Shown here: positions 13,071 through 25,847 of the stretch, piece by piece
How positions within the stretch are numbered: the stretch's first letter is position 1
Layout: each line of letters opens with the position of its first letter
Assembly: GCA_038087875.1 (NCBI GenBank)
Contig: JAXLNO010005840.1
Coordinates: 1-64,000, forward strand
Source: Malacoraja senta
Taxonomy: Eukaryota
DNA: 64,000 nucleotides
Direction: 5' to 3'
Notes under the pieces: model-generated
Told to the model about the DNA's origin: nothing
Database searches by the model: none
Seen by the model: only the letters and a program-made list of their open reading frames with translations
Program-made: the position numbers and the translations under genes

Positions 13071-16000
13071 CTGCACTGCAACACTTTAGTTTAGTTTATT
13101 GTTACGTGTACAGACGTACAGTGAAAAGCTTTTGTTGCCTGCTAACCAGTCAGCGTAAAGACAATTCATGATTACAAACTAACCATTTACAGTGTAGAGA
13201 TACATGATGAGGGAATAACATTTAGTGCAAGGTAAAGCCAGTAAAGTCCGATCAAAGAAAGTCCAAGGGTCACCAATGAGGCAGATAGTAGTTCAGGACT
13301 TCTCTCTCATGTTGGTATCTATCACCTATCATCTGCCATACTTTGTTCTGCCCCTCCTCTCTTCCAGCTTTATTTACCCCTACAATCAGTTTGATGAATG
13401 GTCCTGACCCAAAACCTTAGCATCCCACGCTCTCCAGTAATGCTGCCCGTCCCACTGAGTTATTCCAACATTGTGTCTTATTTTGTTAACCATCATCTTC
13501 AGTTCCTCCTTTCTTCTTTCTCCTCCTTCCCAGTCCTGAAGGGTCTCTGGCCTGAAACATTAGCTCTGCTTTCCTGCCCACAGATGTGGCCTGACCTACT
13601 GCATATTGCCAGTGTGTTCGGTATTTTACTAAAGTCAATTTTACTAATACTATTCCTGCATGCATGAATGAATTACTATCCTTTTCAACTATGTTCAAGG
13701 TATGGCCATTTCAGCATGCAATTCTACCGTAAAAATATCATAAAAATATCAAACAACAGTGTTATTCAAACAAGTAGTTAATATCGAGACATGTTGGAAT
13801 CTTGAGCAATGAAATACTGGAGGAACTCAGTGAGTCAGGCAGCATCTGTGGCTGGAATGGACAGGTAATGTTTTGAGTTAGGACCCGTCTTCAGTAGTTT
13901 AAATAGTTTTGAATCTAGCTACTTGCAATAAATCAGTAATTTTAGTGGTTTTTATGGTTAGTTTAGAGTTACAGCATGGAAACAGGCCCTTCGGCCCACT
14001 GAGTCCATGCTGACCATTGATCTACCATTCACTCTAGTTATTCCACTTTCTCGTCCATTCTTTACACACTAGGGGCAATTTACATAGGCCAATTAACCTA
14101 CAAAGCTGCATGCCTTTGGGTTGTGGGAGGAAACCGGAACACCTGGAGGAAACCCACTCGGTCACAGTGAAAATGTGCAAACTCCACATAGACAGACCTG
14201 AAGTCAGGATTGAACCTGGGTCTCTGGCGCTATGAGGCAGCAACTCTCTACCATTGCACCACTGTGCTGTACTTCACAAAACCCATTAGCCAGATCAACA
14301 CACGTAAATGGCAAAAAAAAATCAAAGGAGCATTGGCGGCCACGGATGCCTGTGTTATATGGAAAGTAAATTGTGAGGAATAGGACTGATGAATGAAAGA
14401 ATGATTGAATGATACTCTATTGTCACATGTACCCAAGGTATCTGGGTATAGTGAAATGCTTTGTTTTCCATACAACCTCGGTCTATCCTTGACCGGACTT
14501 TGCTGACTCCACCTTGCACTAAACATTATTCCTTTATCATGTGTCTCTACATTGTAAATGCATTGACTGTAATCATGTATTGTATTTCTACTGACTGGTT
14601 AGTAAGCAACAAAAACCTTTTCACTGTACCTCAGTACACGTGACAATAAATTAAACTGAACCTAGGCAGTACAAAAATGTCGTCATGTGTTGGCGCAGAG
14701 AAAGTTACAAAAGTACCGAACAGTCCTATCCACTGCCTGTTGCCGCACATGGCAGCAGACCCCATCCCCACCAGTTCCCCCTTCCCCACAGTACCCCCTT
14801 TGTTCTCATCCCCCCAATGGGACAGCCTCCATGTACAGAAGCAAAGCTCACTGTTGGACTTTGTACCTGCAAACCTTTATTACTTTGTTGGTCTCTTTGA
14901 ATACAAACATTCTTGGGTGTTCTTGTCTGTACAAACTAAAATGTGTTGGTTTCTCTGTGACGTTTGAATTCGGGTATCATGCTCACCAATCTTTTTGAAC
15001 AGATGCAGCATGGAAACAGGCCTTTCTGCCCACTGAGTCTGCACTGACCATCAATCACCCATACACTAGTTCTATGTTTTCCCTGTTTTACATCCAACAC
15101 ACTAGGGGCAATTTACAGCGGCCAATAAACCTACAAACCCACACGTCTTTGGAACGTGGGACGAAACAATAGACAATAGAGAATAGACAATAGGTGCAGG
15201 AGTAGGCCATTTGGCCCTTCGAGCCAGCACCGCCATTCAATGTGATCATGGCTGATCATCCCCAATCAGTACCCCATTCCTGCCTTCTTGTCATATCCCC
15301 TGACTCCGCTATCTTTAAGAGGCCCATCTAGCTCTCTCTTGAAAGTATCCAGAGAACCGGCCTCCACTGCCCTCTGAGCACCCAGAGGAAAGCCGAGCGG
15401 TCACAGGGAGAACGTATCAACTCCATACAAACAGAACCCATTGTTGGGATCCTTCTTGTGTCTGTGTAGGAAGGCATTGCAGATGCTGGTTTACACCAAA
15501 GATAGAGACAAAATACTGGAGTAACGCAGTGGAACAGGCAGCATCTATGGATAAAAGGAATGTACCTTCTTGTATCCCACTCGTTATATATTAATTTATT
15601 GTAATTGGAGCAGTCTGCAAAACTCTCCATAGACGAGACAAGTTTTTATGTGGATTGCCTACCATTAAACTCTAGTCCCCCGCAATAAAATGCAGATTTA
15701 GCATTTTACAGATCAATACTTTGAGGGCCCCGTTTACAATGATATGTGCATCCCATCATTTAGAATGCCCCTTCACCTACTCTTTCGAAGCCTTCTCCAC
15801 ACATATAGTCACAGAGACACGCAAACAGAACCTTCAGCCGACAGTCCACTCTGACCATGAAGCACTCATTCCATACCATTCCATCCCACCATTGATCTAC
15901 AGGAGGTGTTGCCTCAGAAAGACAGCTAATATCATCAGAGACCCACACCACCCTGGCCATACTCTCAGGGCCGGCCACCCTGGACCAGGAATTCACCCGG

Positions 16001-19000
16001 AAGATCTGGCCCATCCATCATGGACCGAGTACTTGCTCGCTGTGGACCATGGATGGAGGACCCACCTGGAAGGCCCAGCTTGCCCGCCCAGAGTGGAAGG
16101 AGTCAGATGGATGGCTTATAGGCAGACAGGCTGCGGGAGGGAATGGACTGCCTCAACAGTGGAGTGGGTGCTGGAGGCCCTACAGCAGCCTGGGGCTTGG
16201 CTGTTCCAGGCGCTGCTCCAAGAGGCCGGGCACATGGACCAGTTGCTCCCTGCAGCAGTAGAGGACACCACAGCTTCGATTGGACAGGTCAACCCTGCAA
16301 CAACACCAGGACAATGGGCCTCATGGTCAGGCCAAGAACCCTCACTTACAACAACTGGGACGTGGAAATGGCACCAAAAACTGGCGACACTGTATACTGT
16401 CTCAGCGTACTACTGCTGTACACTTGTACTGTATCTGAGATGCTTATCTAAGATGTATCTAAGGACTTATATATAGTGATACCTGTACTAAACTGTATAC
16501 AATAATGAATTTCACTGTACCTCGGTACATGCCACAAATAAAATACCGTTGAACCAATCAACTGCCTCTGAGGTTAGAGAGCCTGGGAACTGTTAGCTCC
16601 AGGTTTAAGAGCAGCTTTTTTTCTCATGAGCAGCAGGCATTTAAACACTGCACAACACTAACCACAACCTTACCTCAACAACTCTGATCTGTGATGGACT
16701 TTATTTTGGTTGCAGCAAGGACATTTTGTTTTTCCACTGTTATGGTCTGGTTACCTAGTATAACTAATATTAATTTATTTTACCATTGATTGTTGTATAT
16801 TTAATATGTGTATAAGAATTTCATTATTCCATTGCCAGTACAGATGACAATTAAACCCTTGCTCTTGACCAACCCATTCTTATTCTCTGCAAATTCCCAT
16901 CATCTCTCTCCAGATTCTATCACTTACCTACAAATGACAGTCAATTTACACTGTAGAAACAAGGAACTACAAATGTTGGTTCACAAAGAGATGCAAAGTG
17001 CTGGAGCACCTTAGTGGGTCCGGCAGCATCCCTGGAGATCACGGATATGTGATGATGGATCGATGTTTCGGGTCAAGACCCCTTCTTCACTCTGTAGAAG
17101 GGTGTTTACCCTAAACGTCATCTAGCCACGTTCTCCGGAGATGCTGCCTGACCAGCTGAGTTACTCCAGCACTTAGCGATAGACACAAAATGCTGGAATA
17201 ACTCAGTGGGACAGGCAGCATCTCTGGAGAATAGGAATGGGTGATGTTTCGGATTGAGGCCCTTCTTCAGACTTTGTCATCATTGTGCTAACTTGCTCCA
17301 TCCCATTCACCCATCATCTTTCTGATTGAAAAATATTCAGATTTCAAACTCTGATCATTGTATTTAAATATCTAAGACCAACAGCTCTTTCATTCAAAGC
17401 ATATATTTCAATCATTTGTTCTTATATCTCTCTATATCACCCCCTGTATCTCTCGTTTCCCTTTCCCCTGACTATCAGTCTGAAGAATGGTCTCGACCTG
17501 AAACGCTACCTATTCCTTTGCTCCAGAGTCGCTGTCGGACCCGCTGAGTTACTCCAGCATTTTGTGTCTATCTTCGGTTTAAACCAGCATCTGCAGTTCC
17601 TTCCTACGCAGCTCCTCCCTCGGCATGCATACAGTCCATACACTTTCACAGTTGAGGTTAACGTTGTGTATTGTTCACGTGCGTGATAGTTGTTGGGAAG
17701 AAGCTATTCTTGAACCTGGAGGTCATGGTTTTCAAACACGTGTACTTTCCACCCCATGGTGGGAGGTAATGAAAGCGTGGCCAGGGGGATGATGTTGCCT
17801 TCCTTTTTGAGGCAGCGTCTCGTGTGGATCCCTTCGATGGTGGTGAGGTCAGAACCCACGATGAACCGGGCAGTATAACTTCCTGATTATTCACAAATTT
17901 AAGTATTTCATCTGAAGAGCAGGCCTAAGTCATAGAATTGCTCTCTAAATATCCCTTCCTTTAAGATGCACCTTAAATGTTTATTTTGCTAATTGTCATG
18001 TCATGCAATTATACTGCTCGAAGTAAAATGTTACAGAATAATATTCTTACGAATCTCATTGAAGCATTTTTCTACATTGGAACTGCTATAAATGTTATTC
18101 TTTATATCTATGCCTGTTTCCCCATTCACCAAATTAGATTATTACCATCAAAGGAGAATGTCATTGTTTTGTTTGGCTCTGGAGATGCGTGTTGGAATGT
18201 GATCATTAAAATCTTCCCGTATATTGAACCCTGAACTACACTACACTCAGCTATGATTAATGAACAAAATAAAGACAAAGTGTTGGAGTGACTCAGCAGA
18301 TCAGGCAACATCGCTGGTGAGAATGGATAGGTAAAGTGTCGAGTCGGACCCTGTAGACCTATGGACTATCTTTGGTTAAACTAAGCATTTGCGGTGTATT
18401 TGCACATGTATTGGGATTATCAATTAACTGGATTTTTAGTATGTTATCTATTTGTATTGTCTTACAGGTCTGCTACATGAATGTCATTGTTTTGTAGTCA
18501 GCACATATGACAATTGAACATTCTATACTCTCTTTCCTTCTGGACTCTCTTGTGGAGTGGGAACAAACCTAACATAAGCAAAATGTTGCCATTCATCCTT
18601 TGTTCCCAATCTCTGATATTCTATAAGATCATAACCGATCCTCTAGCAGACCACCATTTTTCCGAATTCCGGATTCCTTTTGTATCCAAGCATATTCCTA
18701 TCCCTGCCTCAAGCATCTGATTGACTGAATGCCCACAGCCTTCTTGGACAGAGAATTTGAAAGACTAATTAAAACTAATTTCATCTCATTACTGCACTGA
18801 ATTCAATGATTCAATGATATTTTATTGTCACATGCACCTAGGTACAGTGAAATGCTTCGTTTCGCATACAACGGTAAAATCATATAGCAGACCTAACCTA
18901 GGCAATACACAAGTGTCACCATTGTTTTGGTGCCATAAGAATGTCTGAACCCTTATTTTTAAACTGTGAATTTTGGTTCCAGACACACCAGTCTGGGGAG

Positions 19001-19251
19001 AAATAAAAAGATCATCCCTCATGTTCTGAACTTTGACTCACTTCATAAGTCAAAGGTGCAGAATTTGGTTGTTCAGCCCATCGAGTTTACTCCACAATTT
19101 AATCATGGCTGACCTATCGTTACCTCTCAGTGCCGTTCTCCTGTCATCTCCCTGTGACCTTTGACACTCTTACAAATCAGGCGGCATTTTCTGTTTTTGT
19201 ATTCCAGTCCTCTTGATATATATCACCTTCCTGACTACCGATTCAATTTGC

Positions 19252-20822
19252 AAATTAACCTTTTTGGGAGTCCTTCACCAACACTCCCATGACACTGTGT
19301 GCTTCCGATTTCTGGATTCTCTCTCCATTTGTAAAATAATCTACACCTTTATTCTTTTTTTTTAATTTATTTTTTATTTTTTTTATTTTAATTTTATTAG
19401 AAGTACAATTGTATACAATCATATTTTCATAATACCTTTTATGTACAGCTTCTTATTTAAAAAAATTTTTGAAATAAAGAAGAAAAAGAAAAAAAGTTAG
19501 ATAATGAAAAATAGAAAAATGTGAGATATATAGTGTGTGAAAAAGAAAAATAAAGAATGAAGAAAGAAAGTTGAGACATAGAAAATAGAAGAAAGAGAAT
19601 AAAAGAAGAGGAGAAGAAAAGAAAATAGAAGGAGATCATTTATAATCTTGACCATCCGCAGTCACGGATTAGCTTTTACACCTGTTTTGCACCATACGTT
19701 TCCAAAAAGACGACAAATGGAGACTAACTCGTTATGAATTGGTCAAATTTATCTATTAGGAGGAATCGCATTTCCTCAAGATGTGCGGTATCCAACATAC
19801 TTGCAATCCACATTTTGAGCGTTGGTATTGGTGTATTTTCCCAAAATTTCAATATTAATTTTTTTGCTATTATTAAACCATAATTAAAAATTGACTTTTG
19901 AGATGAGCTCAATTTGTTCCCGTCTTCCATTACCCCAAATATAATCAATTCATTATTGGGTTCCATTTTTGTCTTAAATAGTTTTGTAAATATTTTGAAA
20001 ATATCACTCCAAAATCCATGAAGTTTTATACAAGAAACAAAAGAGTGTGTTATAGTTGCGTCTTGGGTTAAACATTTATCGCAAATGGGCGATATATTTG
20101 GATAAAATTTATTTAATCTTGTTTTTGAGTAATATAATCTATGTAAAATTTTAAATTGGATTAGATTATGTCTAGCGTTAATCGAACACTTGTGAATGTA
20201 TGTCAAATACTTTTCCCATGTAGCCTTCGTAATTTTTATCAATAATTCCCGTTCCCACTCTTCTCTAATTACCTCGGTCACAGGTAAATCTATATTTAAG
20301 ATACTATTATATAAATATGATATTAATTTTTGTGTATCAGCTTTTATATTCATTACTTCTTCTAGTAAATCAGGAGTTATTTTTTGATATCCCTGTATGT
20401 ATGTCTTCAAAAAATTACAAATCTGAAAATATTTAAAATAATGAGTGTTTTTCAGTTTAAATTTTAATTGTAATTGTTGAAATGATAATAAATCTCCCAT
20501 TTCATACATGTCCCCAATCCTTTTAATTCCTAAACTTTCCCATTGATTATATATTTTATCCATCATAGATGGTTTAAATAAAGGATTATTCGCTATCGGT
20601 GTTAACAATGATAGGTTTCTTAATTTTAAGGATAATTTTATTTGTTTCCATATTCTTATTGTATCTTGTATAATTGGGTTTTTCTTATATATTGTATTGT
20701 TCATTTTTTTCAGGGAGAAGAAAATTAACCTTTTTGGGAGTCCTTCACCAACACTCCCATGTCACTGTGTGCCTCCGATTTCTGGATTCTCTCTCCATTT
20801 GTAAAATAATCTACACCTTTAT

Positions 20823-20824
<2 letters not shown>
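19252..20824. repeat. 103-bp direct repeat (19252-19354 and 20722-20824) flanking the truncated L1
   Basis: aaattaacctttttgggag...ctacacctttattc occurs twice with 2 mismatches; the sequence is CR1-derived. Confidence 0.95.
19355..20721 (-). mobile_element. 5'-truncated L1 of a second subfamily
   Basis: 326-aa ORF homologous to, but clearly diverged from, the C-terminus of the neighbouring ORF2; a different 3' UTR; an A-rich tail at 19355. Confidence 0.93.
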
Positions 20825-20862
<38 letters not shown>

Positions 20863-21250
20863 TTATTTATTAGAAGTACATTACATCACAGCCACATACA
20901 TTAATACTCGTCATTTATATCTTCTTACAATTAATGTACTCCCTTTATTTATTTTTTACACTAAAGAAAGAAAAGATTGAAAGAGAGAAGAAAGTGAAGG
21001 AAAAAGTGCAAGTGTAGAAAAGTGTAGAAAATGTAACAACAAAAAAGGACGAAGACCCTATGAGAGCGAAATTAAAAACAAAAAGAAAAAGAGTTAAGAA
21101 ATAGGCCCTAAGAAAAGAAAAGAGAAAGAGAAAAAAAGAAAAACAAATGTTTTTTTTTGAGCATCACGTAAATAGGACATACCAACTCTTCAACTATCAT
21201 CCCCCCTTACCCGACCTCAATTTTTTATTTTTTTAAAGTACTTTTGCACC

Positions 21251-24200
21251 CTATGTTTGTAATAATTCTATAAATGCAGACCACGTCAGGTGGAAGTGAT
21301 CTGGTTTACCTGCTAGGAGGAGTCTTATCTCTTCAAGGTGTAGTGTTTCAAACATATTTGAAATCCACATATTTATAGTTGGTATTGGAGCCTTCTTCCA
21401 AAATTTTAGAATTAGCTTTTTTCCAGTTATTAACCCATAATCCATTAATTTCTTTTGAAACACATTTAGTTCTGGATCATCTTCCGTTATTCCGAAGATA
21501 ATCCATTCTGCTTTGGGTATCAGTCTTGTTTTAAATAACTTTGTAAAGATTTCAAAAATTTCATTCCAAAATTTTTGAATTTTTGTACAGAAGACAAATG
21601 AGTGCGCTATAGTTGCTTCTTGGGATTGACATTTATCACAAATAGATGATACGTTTGGGAAAATTTTATGAATTTTAGTTTTCGAATAATATAATCTATG
21701 TAAAATTTTAAATTGTATTAAAGTGTGTCTTACATTAATCGAGCATTTATGTACTTTTAATAAGTATTCATTCCAACTTTCCTTTGAAATTTTAATAGCT
21801 AACTCTTGTTCCCAGTCTCTTCTGATACCCTCCGTAGATGGTATTTGTACATTTAAGATAATATTGTACAAATATGATATTAAGTTTGCTGATTCCGCTT
21901 TTATCTGCATTGCCTCGTCCAGTACATCTGCTGGGTTATTATGATGATCTTTTATATATTTTTTCAAATAGTCGCATATTTGAAAGTATTTAAAATATTG
22001 ATTATTTCCGAGTTTATATTTTATTTGTAATTGTTGAAATGAAAGTAATTTTCCAGTTTCATACAAGTCACCAAGCGTTTTAATTCCTAGTCTATCCCAT
22101 TGTGTATAAGCTTTATCTATAATAGAAGGACTAAACGAAGGGTTATTGACTATAGGTAATAAAAGTGATAAGTTTCTTAATTTTAAATTTTGTTTTATTT
22201 GTTTCCAAATACGGATTGTACTATGAATAATTGGGTTCTTATTATAGTTTATGTTATTCAATTTCATTGGAGAGAGGAGGATCGCTCCAATGTTTCTAGA
22301 GGAGCAATCCTCTTTCTCCATTACAATCCAGTCTACTTGCTGGGCGGAGTTATCCATCAGTTGAATCATGTTTTTAATATTTACTGACCAATAATAATAC
22401 ATAAAATTGGGTAGTGCTAGACCCCCCAATACTTTAGATTTATTCAGATGGGTTTTTTGTATTCTATGTGATTTATAGTCCCATATAAAATTAGTGATAT
22501 CTGAGTCGAGTTTTTTAAAAAACTTCTTAGGTAAGTATATAGGAATTGATTGAAATAGGTATAAAATTTGTGGTAAAAAGATCATTTTTATTGCGTTTAT
22601 TCGGCCTATTAAAGACATCGGAAGCGTTTTCCAGAATTTAATTAATGTATTCAGTTTATTAAGTAGGGGGTCAAAATTTGCCCTGAGCATACCTTGATAT
22701 GCTCTGGTAATTTCGATTCCCAAATATTTAAATTTTTCTGTAGCTATTTTAAAAGGGAATTTTAAAAGATGTGTTGAATCTTTCGGTTTTATTGACATAA
22801 TTTCACTTTTATTCCAATTTATTCTATATCCAGAAAAAGATCCGAAGTCTTCAATTAAATTTAATATATTTGGTATAGTGATTTGAGGTTTTGTAATATA
22901 CAATAATATATCATCCGCGTATAAAGATATTTTATTATATGAGTCTTTAGTATTATATCCATGAATATCAGGGTGTATTCTAATTTTTTCTGCTAGCGGT
23001 TCAATAATGAGAGCAAACAGCTGTGGTGATAATGAGCATCCTTGTCTATTTCCCCTTGATAGTTGAAATTTCGAGGATAATATGTTATTAGTAAGTATTC
23101 TAGCTGTAGGTTTGTTATATAGTAACTTAATCCATAAAATAAAATTCTCTCCCAGTTGAAATTTTTGTAATACTTTATCCATATAATTCCATTCTACTTG
23201 ATCAAATGCTTTTTCAGCATCCAGCGAAATAATTGATAATTCTTGATCTTCAGATTTGTGTGAGTGCATTATGTTGAGTAGACGTCTCATATTATTAGAA
23301 GAGTATCTCTTAGGGATAAACCCTGTCTGATCTGGGTTTATTAATTTACTAATGTATTTACTTAATCTTCTGGCTAATGTTTTCGCTAATATTTTTTGAT
23401 CTGTGTTTAACAATGCTATAGCTCTATATGAGCCAGGTTCTTCTAAATCCTTATTTTTCTTAGGTATTAATGTAATCGTTGATTCCGCTAATGTATCAGG
23501 TAGTATTCGTTTTTTAAAAGCGTATTGGTACATTTTTTGTAATCTTGGTATTATTTTATCATAAAAGTTTTTATAAAATTCATTAGTAAATCCATCAGGG
23601 CCTGGTGTTTTTCCATTTTTTAGTGAGTTTATTGTATCTTCTAATTCCTTAATTGAGATTTGTGCACCCAGTTCCTCTTGTTCCTTCAGCTCTAACTTTG
23701 GAAGATTACAGGTATCCAAGAACTTTGTGATATTATTGGAATCAATTATCGTTTTAGATGTATACAAATTCTCGTAAAATTGCGCAAACCTTTTATTAAT
23801 ATCCTTCGGTGTTGTTAATAATTCCCCTTTATCTGATTTGATCTTTGGTATAGTATGTTCCTTTTCTCGTTTTTTTAGCTGGCGAGCCAAAAGTTTATGC
23901 GGTTTATCCCCAAATTCAAAGTGCTCTTGTTTTGTAATTTGAAAAAGTCTTATAAGTTTGGCAGATAATAATTTATTTAATTTAAATTTTAAAATTATTA
24001 TTTTATTATGTTTATCTATTGATGGATCTTTAGCATTATCTATATCCATTTGTCTAATAAGTTCTTCTAACTGTCTTTGTTCATTCTTATTCTTTTTATT
24101 TTGAAAAGCTTGATATGAAATTATAATACCCCTAATGTATGCTTTAAAAGATTCCCAAAGTAAAGTAGGCGATATATCTGAAGTATCATTTGTTTGAAAA

Positions 24201-25042
24201 AAGACCTCCATTTGTTCTTTTAAATATATACTCGCTTGTGGATCTTTTAAAATTTGAGAGTTAAATCTCCAGAATGAATTATTCTCAGACAATCCTTCCA
24301 GTTTTAAAAAGAAAGTTAGTGGAGAATGGTCTGAAATTGAATTTGTATGATATATTGCATTAGATGTTTGGGGGATTAATTTTGTATCCAGCAGAAAGTA
24401 GTCTATACGTGAGTATGTCTTATGTACCATTGAGTAAAACGAATATTCCCTGCCAGTTGGATTCACAATTCTCCAAACATCTGCTATATTAGTGTTGTTT
24501 ATGTAGGTATTGAGGAGTTCCCCAGTTTTCGATTTCATATTCCCTCTCTGTTTTTGACTTGATTTATCTAAGTACGGGTCTAAAACACAGTTAAAGTCTC
24601 CGCCTATTATAACATTTTGATAGTTTGACTCTGCAATTATATTGAAGACTTTATTGAAAAAGTGGGGGTTATCAAAGTTAGGGGCATATATATTTACCAA
24701 AGTAAGTGGAGTGTCATGGATTTCTCCATTAACTATTAGGTATCTCCCTTCTATATCTGTTATAATATTCTTTGCTTTAAATGGTATACCTTTTCTTATG
24801 ATAATTGACGTGCCTCTAGATTTTGAAGTGAATGAAGAGTGGTATGTTTGACCTATCCATTTCGCCCTCAGCCTAACTTGGTCCTGAGGTTTTAGGTGTG
24901 TTTCTTGTAGGAAGGTAATGTCAGAATTATACATTTTTAGCTGAGCTAATATCTTACCCCTTTTGATAGGTTCATTAATACCTCTTATATTCCAACTACA
25001 AAATGAGACTCCTCCTAGGTTCTTTTGTGTGGTGTCATGCAT
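21251..25042 (-). CDS. L1 ORF2p (AP endonuclease + reverse transcriptase + C-terminal Cys domain)
   Basis: 1263-aa open frame with SWNIRG, FLQETH, GGDFN, SRIDYF, SDHSP, LDAEKAFD, RQGCSLSP, YADD and CDKC. Confidence 0.97.
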   Translation of the reverse strand: MHDTTQKNLGGVSFCSWNIRGINEPIKRGKILAQLKMYNSDITFLQETHLKPQDQVRLRAKWIGQTYHSSFTSKSRGTSIIIRKGIPFKAKNIITDIEGRYLIVNGEIHDTPLTLVNIYAPNFDNPHFFNKVFNIIAESNYQNVIIGGDFNCVLDPYLDKSSQKQRGNMKSKTGELLNTYINNTNIADVWRIVNPTGREYSFYSMVHKTYSRIDYFLLDTKLIPQTSNAIYHTNSISDHSPLTFFLKLEGLSENNSFWRFNSQILKDPQASIYLKEQMEVFFQTNDTSDISPTLLWESFKAYIRGIIISYQAFQNKKNKNEQRQLEELIRQMDIDNAKDPSIDKHNKIIILKFKLNKLLSAKLIRLFQITKQEHFEFGDKPHKLLARQLKKREKEHTIPKIKSDKGELLTTPKDINKRFAQFYENLYTSKTIIDSNNITKFLDTCNLPKLELKEQEELGAQISIKELEDTINSLKNGKTPGPDGFTNEFYKNFYDKIIPRLQKMYQYAFKKRILPDTLAESTITLIPKKNKDLEEPGSYRAIALLNTDQKILAKTLARRLSKYISKLINPDQTGFIPKRYSSNNMRRLLNIMHSHKSEDQELSIISLDAEKAFDQVEWNYMDKVLQKFQLGENFILWIKLLYNKPTARILTNNILSSKFQLSRGNRQGCSLSPQLFALIIEPLAEKIRIHPDIHGYNTKDSYNKISLYADDILLYITKPQITIPNILNLIEDFGSFSGYRINWNKSEIMSIKPKDSTHLLKFPFKIATEKFKYLGIEITRAYQGMLRANFDPLLNKLNTLIKFWKTLPMSLIGRINAIKMIFLPQILYLFQSIPIYLPKKFFKKLDSDITNFIWDYKSHRIQKTHLNKSKVLGGLALPNFMYYYWSVNIKNMIQLMDNSAQQVDWIVMEKEDCSSRNIGAILLSPMKLNNINYNKNPIIHSTIRIWKQIKQNLKLRNLSLLLPIVNNPSFSPSIIDKAYTQWDRLGIKTLGDLYETGKLLSFQQLQIKYKLGNNQYFKYFQICDYLKKYIKDHHNNPADVLDEAMQIKAESANLISYLYNIILNVQIPSTEGIRRDWEQELAIKISKESWNEYLLKVHKCSINVRHTLIQFKILHRLYYSKTKIHKIFPNVSSICDKCQSQEATIAHSFVFCTKIQKFWNEIFEIFTKLFKTRLIPKAEWIIFGITEDDPELNVFQKKLMDYGLITGKKLILKFWKKAPIPTINMWISNMFETLHLEEIRLLLAGKPDHFHLTWSAFIELLQT

Positions 25043-25847
25043 TTTGAATAATTATAGTACCTTTGAATCTTGTGGTGCGTCCATATCCCAGGTCTTTAGG
25101 TATTGGGGGAGTTTTTGAATTATTAACTTTTGTTGGTATGTCCATATTATTCTTATCACTAAACACAAAACACAAACAAGTGATTTTATGTAATAAAAAA
25201 AAAACTAAAAAAGTGAGGCTACAGTGTCTATAGTCGGCACTGTAGCAAGTGACCCACCTGTAGGTGGGAAAAAACCTTATTTTGACTTCCATTGCGTTGT
25301 TGCTCAACTCGCTCCGCTCTCTTAGTTAATCATAACATATTAAAATATTAAAACGAGGCCTCACATTCATATATATAATACAATTTTACCCTGATATTTC
25401 CTTATAACATATATATATATCAGAGTTTAATTATTAAACCAATATTTTTGATTTCAATAAGAATCAGCTGTTGGTTGAAGGGGTTAACGAGACGTGCTCC
25501 TGGACATAAGCCAGGAGCTCGTTTCTCATCCCCTCCTCCCGCTTATAGACAAGGTTACAATTTATTAAAAATTCATATTAGTATGTTAGTTCATTATTTT
25601 TTTGGTTTTTTTGTTAGTATTCTAATCTAACCTGCATAACTTTTAAAGTTGTTAATAGGATAAGTTCTTACAATTGGTTATAGCATTTTAATCAATAAGC
25701 AATTATTTTCTAATTCATATCCCGTTATAAAGTTGTTTACACGTTTTGAACAGAAAATGTCCTTGCTTCAACATTCCGGAGATAACAATGTAACTATCCC
25801 CAGACAAAACATAGCTGAGAATTATTCGGATCTGCCAAAGCTCCCTT

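Noticed and set aside
15721-16476. 251-aa ORF as a gene
   Set aside because: It is a chimera of unique sequence, a Rex1 fragment and an unassigned segment, with no recognisable domain or splice context.
19252-19354. snRNA target (U2-type, as used by Tx1/Keno elements) at the L1 insertion site
   Set aside because: The sequence matches the CR1 RT region seen elsewhere in the window (e.g. near 61500), not an snRNA.
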